Notes: generated from the sequence alone by a model not told the origin. DNA of 64,000 nt from Beijerinckiaceae bacterium (GCA_965198485.1 CBDAPQ010000005.1:3712129-3776128); one strand, 5' to 3'. Counted from the first letter of the stretch, positions 1 through 9,669 are shown. Made by a program: numbers and translations.

Positions 1-2
1 GC

Positions 3-149
3 TTCTCGCGGGACGCAGCCTGTCGCGGCGAACCCGTAGGCGCGATCGCGCGCTCGCTCGGCCACGCATTGGAAGGCGCGTTCGGCACGGCCTTCAAGCG
101 CGTGACGGGCAGCATGGCTCGTTGCCACGCGCGCCCGACCAACGCGTAG
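3..149 (+). CDS. C-terminal fragment of an AraC/XylS-type regulator (starts upstream of window)
   Basis: Frame is open from the window edge to TAG 147-149. The tail ...PVGAIARSLGHALEGAFGTAFKRVTG weakly resembles the second HTH region of the AraC family (IA..vGy.s.saFsraFKr..G). Confidence 0.3.
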   Translation, partial: FSRDAACRGEPVGAIARSLGHALEGAFGTAFKRVTGSMARCHARPTNA

Positions 150-216
150 GAGGCCGTCCGCTTTGGCGCTTCCCGCCGGTGCCTTGCGTCGCGGCCAACG
201 ACGGCAACCAAGCCGA

Positions 217-1284
217 TCAGCGAGGCGCGAAGTCCGTGTCGGGCTTCACCTGCCGGCAGTAGCCCGCCATCAGGCGCGCGCAATCCTCGACGTCCTTGAG
301 GCTGAGCAGCTCGACGGGCGTGTGCATGTAGCGCAAAGGGACGCCAAGCAGCCCCGTCGCCATGCCGGCCCGGTTGAGCTGCATGGCGTTGGCATCCGTT
401 CCGGTGCCGGCAGCGCTGACGCTCACCTGATAGGCGATTCCGGCCTCGCGCGCCGCCGCGGTGATCAGGTCGAAGGTGATCGGGTTGGTGTTCGGACCCC
501 GCGACACGCTCGGTCCCTTCCCGAGCTCGAGGCTGCCGTGCAGGACCTTGTTGGAGCCGGGATAATCGGTGGCGTGGTTGACGTCGACGGCGAGGCCGGT
601 CCGGGCGTCGATCCCGTAGCTGGCCGTCTTCGCGCCGCGCAGGCCGATCTCCTCCTGCACGGTGGCCACCGCGTGGACGCCGACGCCGGGGTCGAGGCCG
701 CCCTCCTCCTTGAGCAGGCGGAGCGTCTCGGCCACGACGAAGGTGCCCATCTTGTTGTCGAAGCCGCGAGCGGTCGCGCGATCACCCATCAGCGGCTGGA
801 ACTCGCATTGGTAGGTCGCCACGTCGCCGAGCGCGACGACCGCCTCCGCCTCGGCGCGCGTGGTGGCGCCGACGTCGATCCACATGTCCTTGATCTCGGG
901 CTTCTTCTTGCGCTCCTCCTCGGTCTGGAGGTGGATGGCGGTGCGGCCGATCACCCCGGCGATGCGATGCTTGCCGTAGATCCAGACGCGCTGCCCGATC
1001 GCGACGGCACTGTCGTGGCCGCCGATAGTGCGGAAGTGCAGCTGCCCCTGATCATCGATGTGGTGGATGATGAAGCCGAGCTCGTCCATGTGGCCGGCGA
1101 GCATGATGCGCATGGAAGCGCCGGGGTTGAGGACGGCCGTGACGTTGCCGTGCACGTCCGTCGCCACCGTGTCGGCGAAGGGCTCGACGTAGGAGCGGTA
1201 GACCCGCGCCGCCGGCTGCTCGTAGCCGCTCGGCGAGGGAGCGTCGGCGATGCGCTTCAGGAAGTCGAGGGATGCTTGTCTCAT
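217..1284 (-). CDS. M42 family metallopeptidase (glutamyl aminopeptidase / FrvX-like)
   Basis: 355-aa ORF. Motifs LAGHMDELGF, ARGFDNKMG and QEEIGLRGA are typical of M42 aminopeptidases. The antisense ORF 163..1299 is a shadow. Confidence 0.85.
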   Translation of the reverse strand: MRQASLDFLKRIADAPSPSGYEQPAARVYRSYVEPFADTVATDVHGNVTAVLNPGASMRIMLAGHMDELGFIIHHIDDQGQLHFRTIGGHDSAVAIGQRVWIYGKHRIAGVIGRTAIHLQTEEERKKKPEIKDMWIDVGATTRAEAEAVVALGDVATYQCEFQPLMGDRATARGFDNKMGTFVVAETLRLLKEEGGLDPGVGVHAVATVQEEIGLRGAKTASYGIDARTGLAVDVNHATDYPGSNKVLHGSLELGKGPSVSRGPNTNPITFDLITAAAREAGIAYQVSVSAAGTGTDANAMQLNRAGMATGLLGVPLRYMHTPVELLSLKDVEDCARLMAGYCRQVKPDTDFAPR

Positions 1285-1468
1285 GCGGGCAATAGCTGAT
1301 CGACCCGTGGTCGCGTCAAGGTCCGACTACGATGCGGGTGATTTGCCGAAGCCCACGTGCAACATCGATGCTGTGCGGCTGGACGGTGGCTCCTTACCGT
1401 CCACGATGAAGAACAACAGCGACGTTCCAGCCCGAACCATGATTAGCACTGACTTGAAAGGCCGACGG

Positions 1469-1544
1469 TGGTGGAGCCATGCGGAATCGAACCGCAGACC
1501 TCTTCAATGCCATTGAAGCGCTCTACCAACTGAGCTATGACCCC
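1469..1544 (-). tRNA. tRNA-Ala (anticodon GGC)
   Basis: The reverse complement folds as a 76-nt cloverleaf: acceptor GGGGTCA/TGGCTCC with the G3:U70 Ala identity pair, D arm GCTC-AGTTGGTA-GAGC, anticodon stem CTTCA/TGAAG with loop ATGGCAT, T arm TGCGG-TTCGATT-CCGCA, and an encoded CCA. Confidence 0.92.
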
Positions 1545-1730
1545 GGCCGTTTTGCCAACCCCTTGACGAGGGCCGGACGCCTCGGCATTGCCGAAGCGAG
1601 GGCGCCGTATAGCCGCTCCGCCGCGGCGCGACAAGAGGCTTCTGCCAGCCCGTCGAACGACCCCCCGCGAGACATCTCGGCGACGCGGAACACGGCGCGT
1701 CGCTCTCATCCCGTCGTGATCGGATTGCTT

Positions 1731-3899
1731 CTAGACTGCCGTCTTCATGTTTTCCACTGAATGCGACAAACGGGTGGCGAACTCGCCTCGCGCGCTGCCT
1801 TCATGCTCGTCTTCGTCCGCTCCACTCGCGGCGCCGCGTTCGAGGCAGAGACGGACCGCCTGCGGCAGGCCCGAGACGCAGACATCCGCGCGCACGTCGC
1901 GACAGAGGCCGGAGATGCGCCCCTCGTCGTCCTCCGACATCCAGAAGGCGGCGACCAGCGGCGCGTTCCCGAGGCGGCGACGCAGACGACGCACCGCAAA
2001 TCGCGCCTGCCCCACGCTGAGATCGGCGTCGAGGAAGGAGAGGATGACCAGTTTGGGCTCGTGTCCGGCAACCACGGCGCCGCCCGCGTCGGCCAAGGCT
2101 TTGGCGGCCTCGACCCGGGTTCCGAAGCCGCGCTGCTGAAGCAGGTCGGCGAGCAGGTGCGCCGCCGCCTCGTCGAGCGGGGTGCGCCCGGCGATGCACA
2201 CGATCGCGCCGTCTCTCGTCCAGGCGTCGTCTAGGGCGCTCGTGTCGGGCAGCTCCTCTTCCGGGTCGCCCTGCGCCGCATCCGGCTCCGGCGCCGCGAG
2301 CGAGGCGGGTGCGCTGCTGTCGTCGACCGGCAGGATGGAATCCTCGCCGCGGTCGACGAGGTCCTCGGCAAGGTCGCGCATCGTGTCGCGGATGCGCAAT
2401 TGGCGATCCTCGCTGAGCGCGCCGCGTCGGACGTCGTCCTGCGCCATCAGCAGCGCCTTCATGGCGATGGCGTCGCAATAGTCGAGCAGCGAATGCTCGG
2501 CGAGGTAGCGGTCGGCATGGTCGAGCACCTCCGACGCGTCGCCCGAAAGCATGCGCTGGTAGAAGCTCTCGACGTCGGTCAGCGGCGGCGCGTCGCCGAG
2601 CAGGACATCGAGGAAGCCGAGGCGATCGATGTGGCGCCCCATCACGACGACGCACACGGTGAGAGGCGTCGCCAGCACGAGCCCGACAGGTCCCCACAGC
2701 CAGGTCCAGAATGTCGCCGAGAGCACCACGGCGAAGGGCGAGATGCCGGTGTTGTGCCCGTAGACCAGCGGCTCGACGACCTGGCCGACGACGAGCTCGA
2801 AGGCGACGAAGAACACCGCCGTCTCCACGGCCATGGTCCAGCCCGGGCTCGCGGCGAGCGACAGCAGGACCGGGAACAGCGCCGAGCCGATCGAGCCGAC
2901 GTAGGGAATGAAGCGCAGAAAGAAGGCGACGATCCCCCACAGGATGGCGCCGGGCACCCCGATGAAGGTCAGCACCACCGCGGTCACGATGCCGAAGCCG
3001 GCATTCAGCAGCACCTGGGCGAGGAAGTAGCGGCTGAGCCGCCGCGCGGCGTCGTTCAGGGCCAGCGTGGTGCGTTGAAGGTCGCTCGACCCGGCGAGAC
3101 GGATGAGGCGGTTGCGCAGGTCCTCGCGCTGCATGAGGATGAAGATGATGAAGACCGCGACGAAGGCGGCGGTGGCGAGCGGCGTCGCCGCCATTCCCGC
3201 CGCGGTCTGCAGCAGCGTCAGGAGACCCGGAGGCGGCTCGACGATCTCGACCCTGGTCGGCGCCGTGGCTTGGTCTTGCGCGGCGGCCGGCGTGGCCGAC
3301 CTCGTCGGCTTGGGCTTGTCCGCCTTGTCCGGCGCGTGCGGATCCATGTCGGCGATGGCCGAGTTCAGCCTCGCGAGAAGCGGATTGTTGGCAGCGAAGT
3401 TGCGGACTCCCGCCACCTTCTGCGACACGGTCGCCTGGTAGCGCGTGGCGTCGTCGGCGAGGTCCGAAATCTGCTTGGCGAGGATGGCGCCGAGCCCGAC
3501 CGTCACGGTGAAGGTGACGACGACCGCGAGGCCGACCGCGAGCTTCTTGCCGAGCCCGAGCCGGCGCATCAGCTTGACGAGCGGCGAAAGGACGAAGCTG
3601 AGGATGACCGCGATGGCGACCGGGATCAGGATCTCGCGCGCGAAATACAGGATGGCGAGCGTGACGAGGATCATCACAGCCGTCGCCAGCGTGTCCAGCG
3701 TGCGGGCGAGGTCGGGCGCATCGTCGCCCGGCGGCCTGCGCGTCGATCGTGGCACCAGATCCGCCAAGTCCGGGTTTCCCGCTCGCGCCTTCCTGGGCCT
3801 TGTAACATGTTGTTTCACCGCGGGTTCCGGTCGTAAGACTACGGCGCCCGACGGCTCGAGGCGCTGCCACCTGCCGCCCTTGACGCGGCCTGGCACCAT
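1731..3899 (-). CDS. AI-2E family transporter (PerM/UPF0118-like) with a long cytoplasmic C-terminal extension
   Basis: Multi-TM core (ILYFAREILIPVAIAVILSFVL..., FIPYVGS..., LVLATPLTVCVVV) followed by about 230 soluble residues. The true start may be internal to the 722-aa ORF. Confidence 0.75.
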   Translation of the reverse strand: MVPGRVKGGRWQRLEPSGAVVLRPEPAVKQHVTRPRKARAGNPDLADLVPRSTRRPPGDDAPDLARTLDTLATAVMILVTLAILYFAREILIPVAIAVILSFVLSPLVKLMRRLGLGKKLAVGLAVVVTFTVTVGLGAILAKQISDLADDATRYQATVSQKVAGVRNFAANNPLLARLNSAIADMDPHAPDKADKPKPTRSATPAAAQDQATAPTRVEIVEPPPGLLTLLQTAAGMAATPLATAAFVAVFIIFILMQREDLRNRLIRLAGSSDLQRTTLALNDAARRLSRYFLAQVLLNAGFGIVTAVVLTFIGVPGAILWGIVAFFLRFIPYVGSIGSALFPVLLSLAASPGWTMAVETAVFFVAFELVVGQVVEPLVYGHNTGISPFAVVLSATFWTWLWGPVGLVLATPLTVCVVVMGRHIDRLGFLDVLLGDAPPLTDVESFYQRMLSGDASEVLDHADRYLAEHSLLDYCDAIAMKALLMAQDDVRRGALSEDRQLRIRDTMRDLAEDLVDRGEDSILPVDDSSAPASLAAPEPDAAQGDPEEELPDTSALDDAWTRDGAIVCIAGRTPLDEAAAHLLADLLQQRGFGTRVEAAKALADAGGAVVAGHEPKLVILSFLDADLSVGQARFAVRRLRRRLGNAPLVAAFWMSEDDEGRISGLCRDVRADVCVSGLPQAVRLCLERGAASGADEDEHEGSARGEFATRLSHSVENMKTAV

Positions 3900-4013
3900 G
3901 GCGACATCGGGTTATCGACGGGCAAGCCGACGGAGCCGCGGACGTTGAAGACAAAGGCCGAAGCCGGCGAAGCGGGACGCGTCGAGCCCGCGCGTGAGTC
4001 CACCCGGGCGCCG

Positions 4014-5447
4014 ATGCGCGATCTCGCGGTGTTGCCGGTGTTCTTCGCGCTCGCCGGCAAGCGCACCCTGCTCGCCGGCGCCACCGAGCGCGCGGTTTGG
4101 AAGGCCGAACTGCTGCACGCCACCGGCAGCCACGTCGACGTCTACGCCGCCGACCCTTGCCACGAGATGCACGAGCTCGTCGCGCAGGCGCCGCGCCTGA
4201 CCCTGCACGAGCGCTCGTGGGAGCCGGCCGATCTCGAGGGCGCGGCGATCGCCCTGCTCGACACCGAGGACGACGGCGAGGCCGCGCGCTTCAAGCAGGC
4301 GGCGCGCACCGCCGGCATCCCGATGAACGCCATCGACAATCCGGCCTTCTGCGACTTCCAGTTCGGCGCCATCGTCGAGCGCTCGCCGCTGGTCATCGGC
4401 ATCTCCACGCACGGCACGGCGCCGGTGTTCGGCCAGGCGATCCGGGCGCGGCTCGAGGCGCTGCTGCCCGACCACCTCAAGCTGTGGGCGCAGACGGCCC
4501 GCGCCTGGCGCGAACGCGTGGTGCCGCTGCGCCTGCCGTTCCACGGCCGCCGCACCTTCTGGGAGCGTTTCTCCGAGCGCGCGCTCGGCCCGGACGCCGC
4601 GCCGCCCGACGAGGCCGACTTCGCGGCCTTCCTCGCCGCCGCGACGAGCCCGAAGACCACCGTCGGCCGAGTCACGCTGGTCGGTGCCGGCCCGGGCGAC
4701 CCCGACCTCATAACGGTCAAGGCCGTGAAGGCGCTGCAGGGCGCCGACGTCGTGCTCTACGACAAGCTCGTCGCCCCGGAGGTGGTCGACATGGCACGGC
4801 GCGAGGCGCGCAAGATCGATGTCGGCAAGCGCGGCTATCTCCCTTCCTGCAAGCAGGACGAGATCACCGGTCTGATGATCGGCCTGGCGCGCGAGGGCAA
4901 GCGCGTGGTCCGCCTCAAGGGTGGCGATCCGATGATCTTCGGCCGCGCCAACGAGGAGATCGACGGGTTGCGAGCCGCCGGCATCCCCGTGACCGTGGTG
5001 CCCGGCGTCACCGCCGCGCTCGGCGCCGCCGCCTCGCTGGGCATTTCGTTGACCGAGCGCAGCGCCGCGCGGCGACTGCAATTCGTCACGGCGCACGCCA
5101 AGGATGGTCGCCTGCCGCAGGACATCGACTGGCGCGCGCTGGCCGATCCCGGCGCCAGCACCGTGGTCTACATGGGCGTGCGCACCATGCCGGCCCTCGT
5201 GGACAAGCTTCTGACCCACGGCCTGCCGCCCGAGACGCCGTGCGTGCTCGTCGAGCGCGCCACCTGCCCCGACGAGCGGCGGCTGTGGGAGAGCGTGTCG
5301 CGCATGCCGGCGCTGGCGCTGGCGGCCGACCCGAAGGGGCCATGCCTCCTGTTGATCGGGCTGGTGTTCGGCAAAGTCGGTCGCGAGACGCCAGCCGATC
5401 TCGCCGAAGCGTCTGCGCGCTCGACAACGATGGCTACGGCGGACTAG
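4014..5447 (+). CDS. cysG: Siroheme synthase (precorrin-2 dehydrogenase/ferrochelatase plus uroporphyrinogen-III C-methyltransferase)
   Basis: N-terminus LPVFFALAGKRTLLAGA is Rossmann-like. The C-terminal SUMT motifs are VTLVGAGPGDPDLITVKA and LKGGDPMIFGR. ATG 4014 is preferred over the TTG at 3945. Confidence 0.9.
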   Translation: MRDLAVLPVFFALAGKRTLLAGATERAVWKAELLHATGSHVDVYAADPCHEMHELVAQAPRLTLHERSWEPADLEGAAIALLDTEDDGEAARFKQAARTAGIPMNAIDNPAFCDFQFGAIVERSPLVIGISTHGTAPVFGQAIRARLEALLPDHLKLWAQTARAWRERVVPLRLPFHGRRTFWERFSERALGPDAAPPDEADFAAFLAAATSPKTTVGRVTLVGAGPGDPDLITVKAVKALQGADVVLYDKLVAPEVVDMARREARKIDVGKRGYLPSCKQDEITGLMIGLAREGKRVVRLKGGDPMIFGRANEEIDGLRAAGIPVTVVPGVTAALGAAASLGISLTERSAARRLQFVTAHAKDGRLPQDIDWRALADPGASTVVYMGVRTMPALVDKLLTHGLPPETPCVLVERATCPDERRLWESVSRMPALALAADPKGPCLLLIGLVFGKVGRETPADLAEASARSTTMATAD

Positions 5448-5543
5448 GGGGAGGGTTCCGGATCCGACTCGAGCACGCGTCGTCCTAACTCGCGTATGCT
5501 TCTGGTCTGACGCTGTCATAAGACTAAGCAAGGCAAGCTCGCG

Positions 5544-6344
5544 ATGATGATGGCACAGACGCTGTTCGAAGAGCTTCGCTCTCGCAAAGTCCTACTGGAA
5601 CCGCACCCCTATGCCGTCAACATCGGCTGCGGCGACGGCCTCCAGTATGAAGATCCCGTGTATCCGCTCTATAGGTCCGGCTTCAGGGGCGTGGCCATCG
5701 ATTCGTGGAACCATGAGGATTTGGCCAGGAACCTTGGATCGTTCGATGTCGTCCTGAAGCCCGGCACGTTCCTCTCGAACGAGAACGTTCTATCAATCCT
5801 GCGCGAAGCGGGATGTCCGGAACGTCCGGCTTTCTTGAAAATCGACATCGATGGGTTGGATGCGGACATCCTGCGCACGATTCTCAAAGGCGGGGTGCGC
5901 CCCCTCGCCATTCAGGCGGAAGTCAACACAGAAATCCCGCCGCCTTACGCCTTCTCGGTCTGCGCGAGCGACAAGTTTGCAGGCGGTAGCGAACAAGGCT
6001 TCTTCGGGTTCTCTTTGTCCTACGGGGTCGACCTTCTCAAGGCCTTCGGCTACCGCTTCTATGCTTTGGACTGTGAAACGCCGTGGACCCATGACGGGCT
6101 TTGGGTCGACGAGGCCGTTCTGGAAGAAGCCGGTTTGCCGCCGGCCGATCCAACCGCCGCGTTTATGTCGCGACACCCGATCCTCTACCACATAGAGACT
6201 GCAACCAAGGAGGTGCTCGTGTCGTGGCGAACGCGTACGGATCGTGACGTCGTCCGAGCCGAGATATGGCGCACTATGCTTGATGCTTGCAAAACCAAGC
6301 TCGGCCACACCGATGTTCCATTCGAACTTTTCATCTCGACGTGA
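5544..6344 (+). CDS. FkbM-like methyltransferase (putative)
   Basis: VNIGCGDG and LKIDIDGLDADILRTIL resemble the FkbM-family motifs DiGAN.G and LKiDvEG.E..vL. Its GC content is lower than that of its neighbours. Confidence 0.45.
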   Translation: MMMAQTLFEELRSRKVLLEPHPYAVNIGCGDGLQYEDPVYPLYRSGFRGVAIDSWNHEDLARNLGSFDVVLKPGTFLSNENVLSILREAGCPERPAFLKIDIDGLDADILRTILKGGVRPLAIQAEVNTEIPPPYAFSVCASDKFAGGSEQGFFGFSLSYGVDLLKAFGYRFYALDCETPWTHDGLWVDEAVLEEAGLPPADPTAAFMSRHPILYHIETATKEVLVSWRTRTDRDVVRAEIWRTMLDACKTKLGHTDVPFELFIST

Positions 6345-6494
6345 TCGTCCCGACGCGCGACGCGAAGAGGCGCGGCAACGCTGAAGCGACGTCCGCCGGG
6401 CAGAAGCTTTCATAAGGAAGTCTCATTGATGACAGGCAGAGTCGTGCCGAGGAGCAGCTCAGAACCAACTTCAACGAACAAGACTAGGGCTGAT

Positions 6495-8453
6495 CTATGC
6501 TCGCACGCTCTGCCGCGATGCTAGCAGATCTTCGGCTTGCGCGACGGCGCCCTGCACGTCGGGGATGTCGATGGTCCACGTTTGAAGGTGTACCGAATAT
6601 TCCGCCTTGCCGGGGTCGAGAGATCGTCCGAGCACGCAGAAGTAGGTGAGCCCACGGGCGGCGGCCAGCCGGCGAAAGCACCAGTTGCGATAGGTGTCCA
6701 TCATCAGCTCGATGACGAGGGTGCCCGGCCTCGCGAAGCCGATGTTCGACAAGCCTGCACCGTGCGGCGCGACGATGATGTCGGCCTCGGCGAAGAGACG
6801 CGCCTGCTCGCGCAAGGACAAAGCCTCCAACCGCACGGGCTCGAAGCCGGGAAGAGCGGCGATCAATTGGTCTTCGCAAACGAGGCTGCGCAGGTTGGAT
6901 CCCCGACGATCCACGACGATGCGCCGCGCGGCCGTTTGCGGCGCCGGGCCGGCATGGGCGAGCAGACGATCGAAGAAAGCGTTGGTCAGGGTGGCGTGGA
7001 AGTCGAACATGCCGTGCAGGCTCGAAGGCTGGACCAGCGTCTCGGCGAGGAAACATTCGCGCGGGCGGACGCTGCGGACCTCCACCCAAGCGGGCACCTC
7101 GAAGAGTTCGGCGAACTCGTGCTGGCGAAGGCCGGTCGAGGGCACGAGAAGCCGTGTGGTCCGACCCCATATCTCGTCATCGATCAGAACCAGGCGAAGC
7201 GCCGCATCGACGAGCGAATGCCAATAGCTCTCCGCCGCTCCGGTCAGGATCGAGACCGTCGTGCCCGGCAGCCTTTCCAGCGACGGCGGGCGAAAGGCGA
7301 TGGCGTCCCCGATCTGGCGATAGTGGTGCCGACGCCAGTCGGTGTGCCACAACGTTTCCTGTAGGACGAAGTTCTGCGCGGCGACGATACCGACGGCACC
7401 GAAGGTCATGGCCTCGTCGAGCTCCAAGACGCGCGGGCTCGTCGAATCGTAATGGTCCACCGTCACGTCCGCACCGATGTCCCCCCGCGTCTCGAACAGC
7501 GGCAGTTTCGAGACGTCCCAGCGGATGGCGGGTACCGCCACCCTTTCGCTGGGAAACGTGCGGATCTCGCGCACCGCAGGATCGTCGGAGGTCGGACCGG
7601 CCAGCGTGCCCGTGTACACGGGCGTGTAGCGCCGATCGAGCGTCGCCGCGAGTTCGCGGATCCCGTCGGGGAAGAACCAGCCCGGCGTGGCTTCCGCGTT
7701 CCCGTAGAGGATCTGGAGGCACTGCGCCGACGTGCGGCTCCAGGCCAGCGAACGGCCGTCGATGGCGAGCATGCTTGGCTGCTCCAGAGTGCCGACACCA
7801 TGGTCGCTCCCCTGAAAGATGGTGCCCAGAAGGCCGCAGAGCTTCTGGCGTAGCACCGAGATGGCGTTGGTCTGATGGGTCAGACCCGCGGTCAAGAGCA
7901 TCACGCGCACGAGCGCCGAGTGCCCGGCCTCGGCCGCCGTGATCGCTGCCAGGCGGGTCAGGTGCGCCCTCTCCAGCGTCGTCGTGAGCGCGCCCTGGTA
8001 GGCGGTCCCCACCAGATCCTCGAACACGTAAGCGGCGAAAAGCAAGTTGGTGTCGTTGGCGAAGGCATCAAAGGATTCGCTTTGCTGGACGACCCCGGCT
8101 GCCCGCATCACCATCGTGAAGCTCTTGTCGAGATCGATCTTCGGAGCGGAAACGGGCTCCGCGCCGAGTTCGGCGATCATCTCGCGGAGGATCAGGACGT
8201 GATCACGCTCCTCCCGCGCGGAGCCTTTGACGAAGGCGGCGACCAAGGGGTTGGAGAAGGCCACGGCGCGACCGCCGACGACGGGACCGGCATGGATGCC
8301 GCGCTCGATCTCGCCGAGGCCGTTGCCGTCGAGCGCGCGCAGGTAGAACTCGGCCTGGAAGTATTCGAGATTGAGAAGCAGTGTCAGGCGATGGAGGTCT
8401 TCTTCAAGGCGCTCGGCGTGCTCGACAGTGATCACGTCAGCTCTCGTCCTCAT
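6495..8453 (-). CDS. Fusion protein: N-terminal ferritin-like domain (PCC13-62/Ferritin_2 type) plus C-terminal GT61/DUF563 glycosyltransferase
   Basis: Single uninterrupted 652-aa frame. Residues 1 to about 270 are collinear with the neighbouring ferritin-like protein (LNLEY, EERDH, FDAFANDTN, FED...TAY, DHGVG, FFP). The C-terminus carries the DUF563 signature IIVAPHGAGLSNIGFARPGTLVIELM and ESYWHSLVDAALRL. Confidence 0.75.
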   Translation of the reverse strand: MRTRADVITVEHAERLEEDLHRLTLLLNLEYFQAEFYLRALDGNGLGEIERGIHAGPVVGGRAVAFSNPLVAAFVKGSAREERDHVLILREMIAELGAEPVSAPKIDLDKSFTMVMRAAGVVQQSESFDAFANDTNLLFAAYVFEDLVGTAYQGALTTTLERAHLTRLAAITAAEAGHSALVRVMLLTAGLTHQTNAISVLRQKLCGLLGTIFQGSDHGVGTLEQPSMLAIDGRSLAWSRTSAQCLQILYGNAEATPGWFFPDGIRELAATLDRRYTPVYTGTLAGPTSDDPAVREIRTFPSERVAVPAIRWDVSKLPLFETRGDIGADVTVDHYDSTSPRVLELDEAMTFGAVGIVAAQNFVLQETLWHTDWRRHHYRQIGDAIAFRPPSLERLPGTTVSILTGAAESYWHSLVDAALRLVLIDDEIWGRTTRLLVPSTGLRQHEFAELFEVPAWVEVRSVRPRECFLAETLVQPSSLHGMFDFHATLTNAFFDRLLAHAGPAPQTAARRIVVDRRGSNLRSLVCEDQLIAALPGFEPVRLEALSLREQARLFAEADIIVAPHGAGLSNIGFARPGTLVIELMMDTYRNWCFRRLAAARGLTYFCVLGRSLDPGKAEYSVHLQTWTIDIPDVQGAVAQAEDLLASRQSVRA

Positions 8454-8625
8454 GCTGGTTCAGCCGAGCCCGGCTCCGATCGAAAGAGACGAGCCGCCCG
8501 CGTTCGGGGCGCGTCGTGATCAATTTAGGCGGGGAGCCTTCTCGACCGCGGTCGCGGGCAGGTCAACGCTTTTCGGCAGTGCGATACCCTTCTGCGACGC
8601 GGGTCAACACAACGCATAAAGGCAA

Positions 8626-8656
8626 CAAAAAAAATCGGCCGGATTTCCCGGCCGAT
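8626..8656 (-). terminator. Rho-independent terminator of the secreted ferritin-like gene
   Basis: On the minus strand, the hairpin TCGGCCGG-GAAAT-CCGGCCGA is followed by a run of nine T, about 30 nt after the stop at 8689. Confidence 0.65.
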
Positions 8657-8688
8657 TCGACGATCAAACGTGATTGACCAAGCTGGCC

Positions 8689-9594
8689 TTACGTCGGCAT
8701 GTTGACACCGGTGGGGAAGAACAGGCCGGACGAGGCGTTCACCGCACCGTACACCACGTTGAGCACCTGACGCGTGGTGCGATCCCAGGCGATCGCATTG
8801 CCGTCGGCATCGAGGATCGACGGAGCCGCGGTCGTGCCGACGCCATGGTCGTTGCCCTGGGCGGGGGTGCCGGCGACACCGGTCAGCTGCTGGCGGAGAT
8901 AGGAGATGGCCTGAGTCTGGCTCGCCGCACCGGCGACGAACAGGGCGGTACGCACGATGCCGGCGTGGTAGGCCTCGGTGGCCATGATGCCGGACGCCTT
9001 GTCGAGGTACACCGGGTTGCTGATCGAGGTCAGCGCGCCGTGGTAGGCGGTCACGCCGACGTCCTCGAAGATGTAGGAGGCGAGCAGGAAGTTCGTGTCG
9101 TTGGCGAAGGCGTCGAAGCCCGAGCCGAGTCCAGCTGCCTGGGCGGCGGTGGCAAAGCTCTGCGAGAAATCGATGTTCGGCATCGAGATCGGCACGACGC
9201 CGGCGGCGGCGATCGCGGCGCGCAGGAACTCCACGTGGGTCTGCTCCTCCACGGCGAGTTCGTTCGCATAGGCCTGGTTGATCGGGCTCGTGAAGGTGAC
9301 CTTGCGACCGCCCGTGACCGTGCCGGGGGTGCCGCCGCGATCCGCGCCGGGAAGGCCCGAGCCGGTGGCCGCGATCAGGTAGAACGACGACTCGAGATAT
9401 TCGAGGTTGAGTGCGAACGTCAGGATCTGGATGTCGACCGAAGCCGTAGCGGCGGCGGGCGTGGTGGCGGCGGCCATGGCCAAGCCACCGGCGGCCGCGC
9501 CGGCTGCACCGTAGCCGAGGCCCTTGAGGAACGAACGACGACCGCTCTTTGTGAGCAGATCGCGCTCCGTGGTCGCTCCGACGTCAATGGTCAT
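8689..9594 (-). CDS. Tat-exported ferritin-like domain protein (desiccation-related PCC13-62 type)
   Basis: Twin-arginine signal SGRRSFLKG plus an Ala-rich h-region. Ferritin-like ligand motifs LNLEY, EEQTH, FED..TAYH and TEAYH. GGGGAGG Shine-Dalgarno sequence upstream. Confidence 0.85.
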   Translation of the reverse strand: MTIDVGATTERDLLTKSGRRSFLKGLGYGAAGAAAGGLAMAAATTPAAATASVDIQILTFALNLEYLESSFYLIAATGSGLPGADRGGTPGTVTGGRKVTFTSPINQAYANELAVEEQTHVEFLRAAIAAAGVVPISMPNIDFSQSFATAAQAAGLGSGFDAFANDTNFLLASYIFEDVGVTAYHGALTSISNPVYLDKASGIMATEAYHAGIVRTALFVAGAASQTQAISYLRQQLTGVAGTPAQGNDHGVGTTAAPSILDADGNAIAWDRTTRQVLNVVYGAVNASSGLFFPTGVNMPT

Positions 9595-9641
9595 TAGGTC
9601 AGCCTCCCCGAGGATTAAAGGGACATGAATTGCCCATCCAC

Positions 9642-9669
9642 ATTATAGAGACGCCTACGGCATAGGCAA
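9642..9669 (-). promoter_or_regulatory. Candidate sigma70-type promoter for the 8689..9594 gene
   Basis: Minus strand reads TTGCCT (9669-9664), 16 nt, TATAAT (9647-9642), about 45 nt upstream of the ATG, in an AT-rich intergenic stretch. Confidence 0.35.

Noticed and set aside
163-1299. 378-aa ORF antisense to the M42 peptidase gene.
   Set aside because: Shadow ORF. The minus-strand frame has the peptidase motifs.
3912-5531. 539-aa ORF antisense to cysG, together with ORFs 4097..5488 and 4142..4720.
   Set aside because: Arg/Gly/Ala-rich shadow ORFs of a high-GC gene. The cysG frame carries clear catalytic motifs and these do not.
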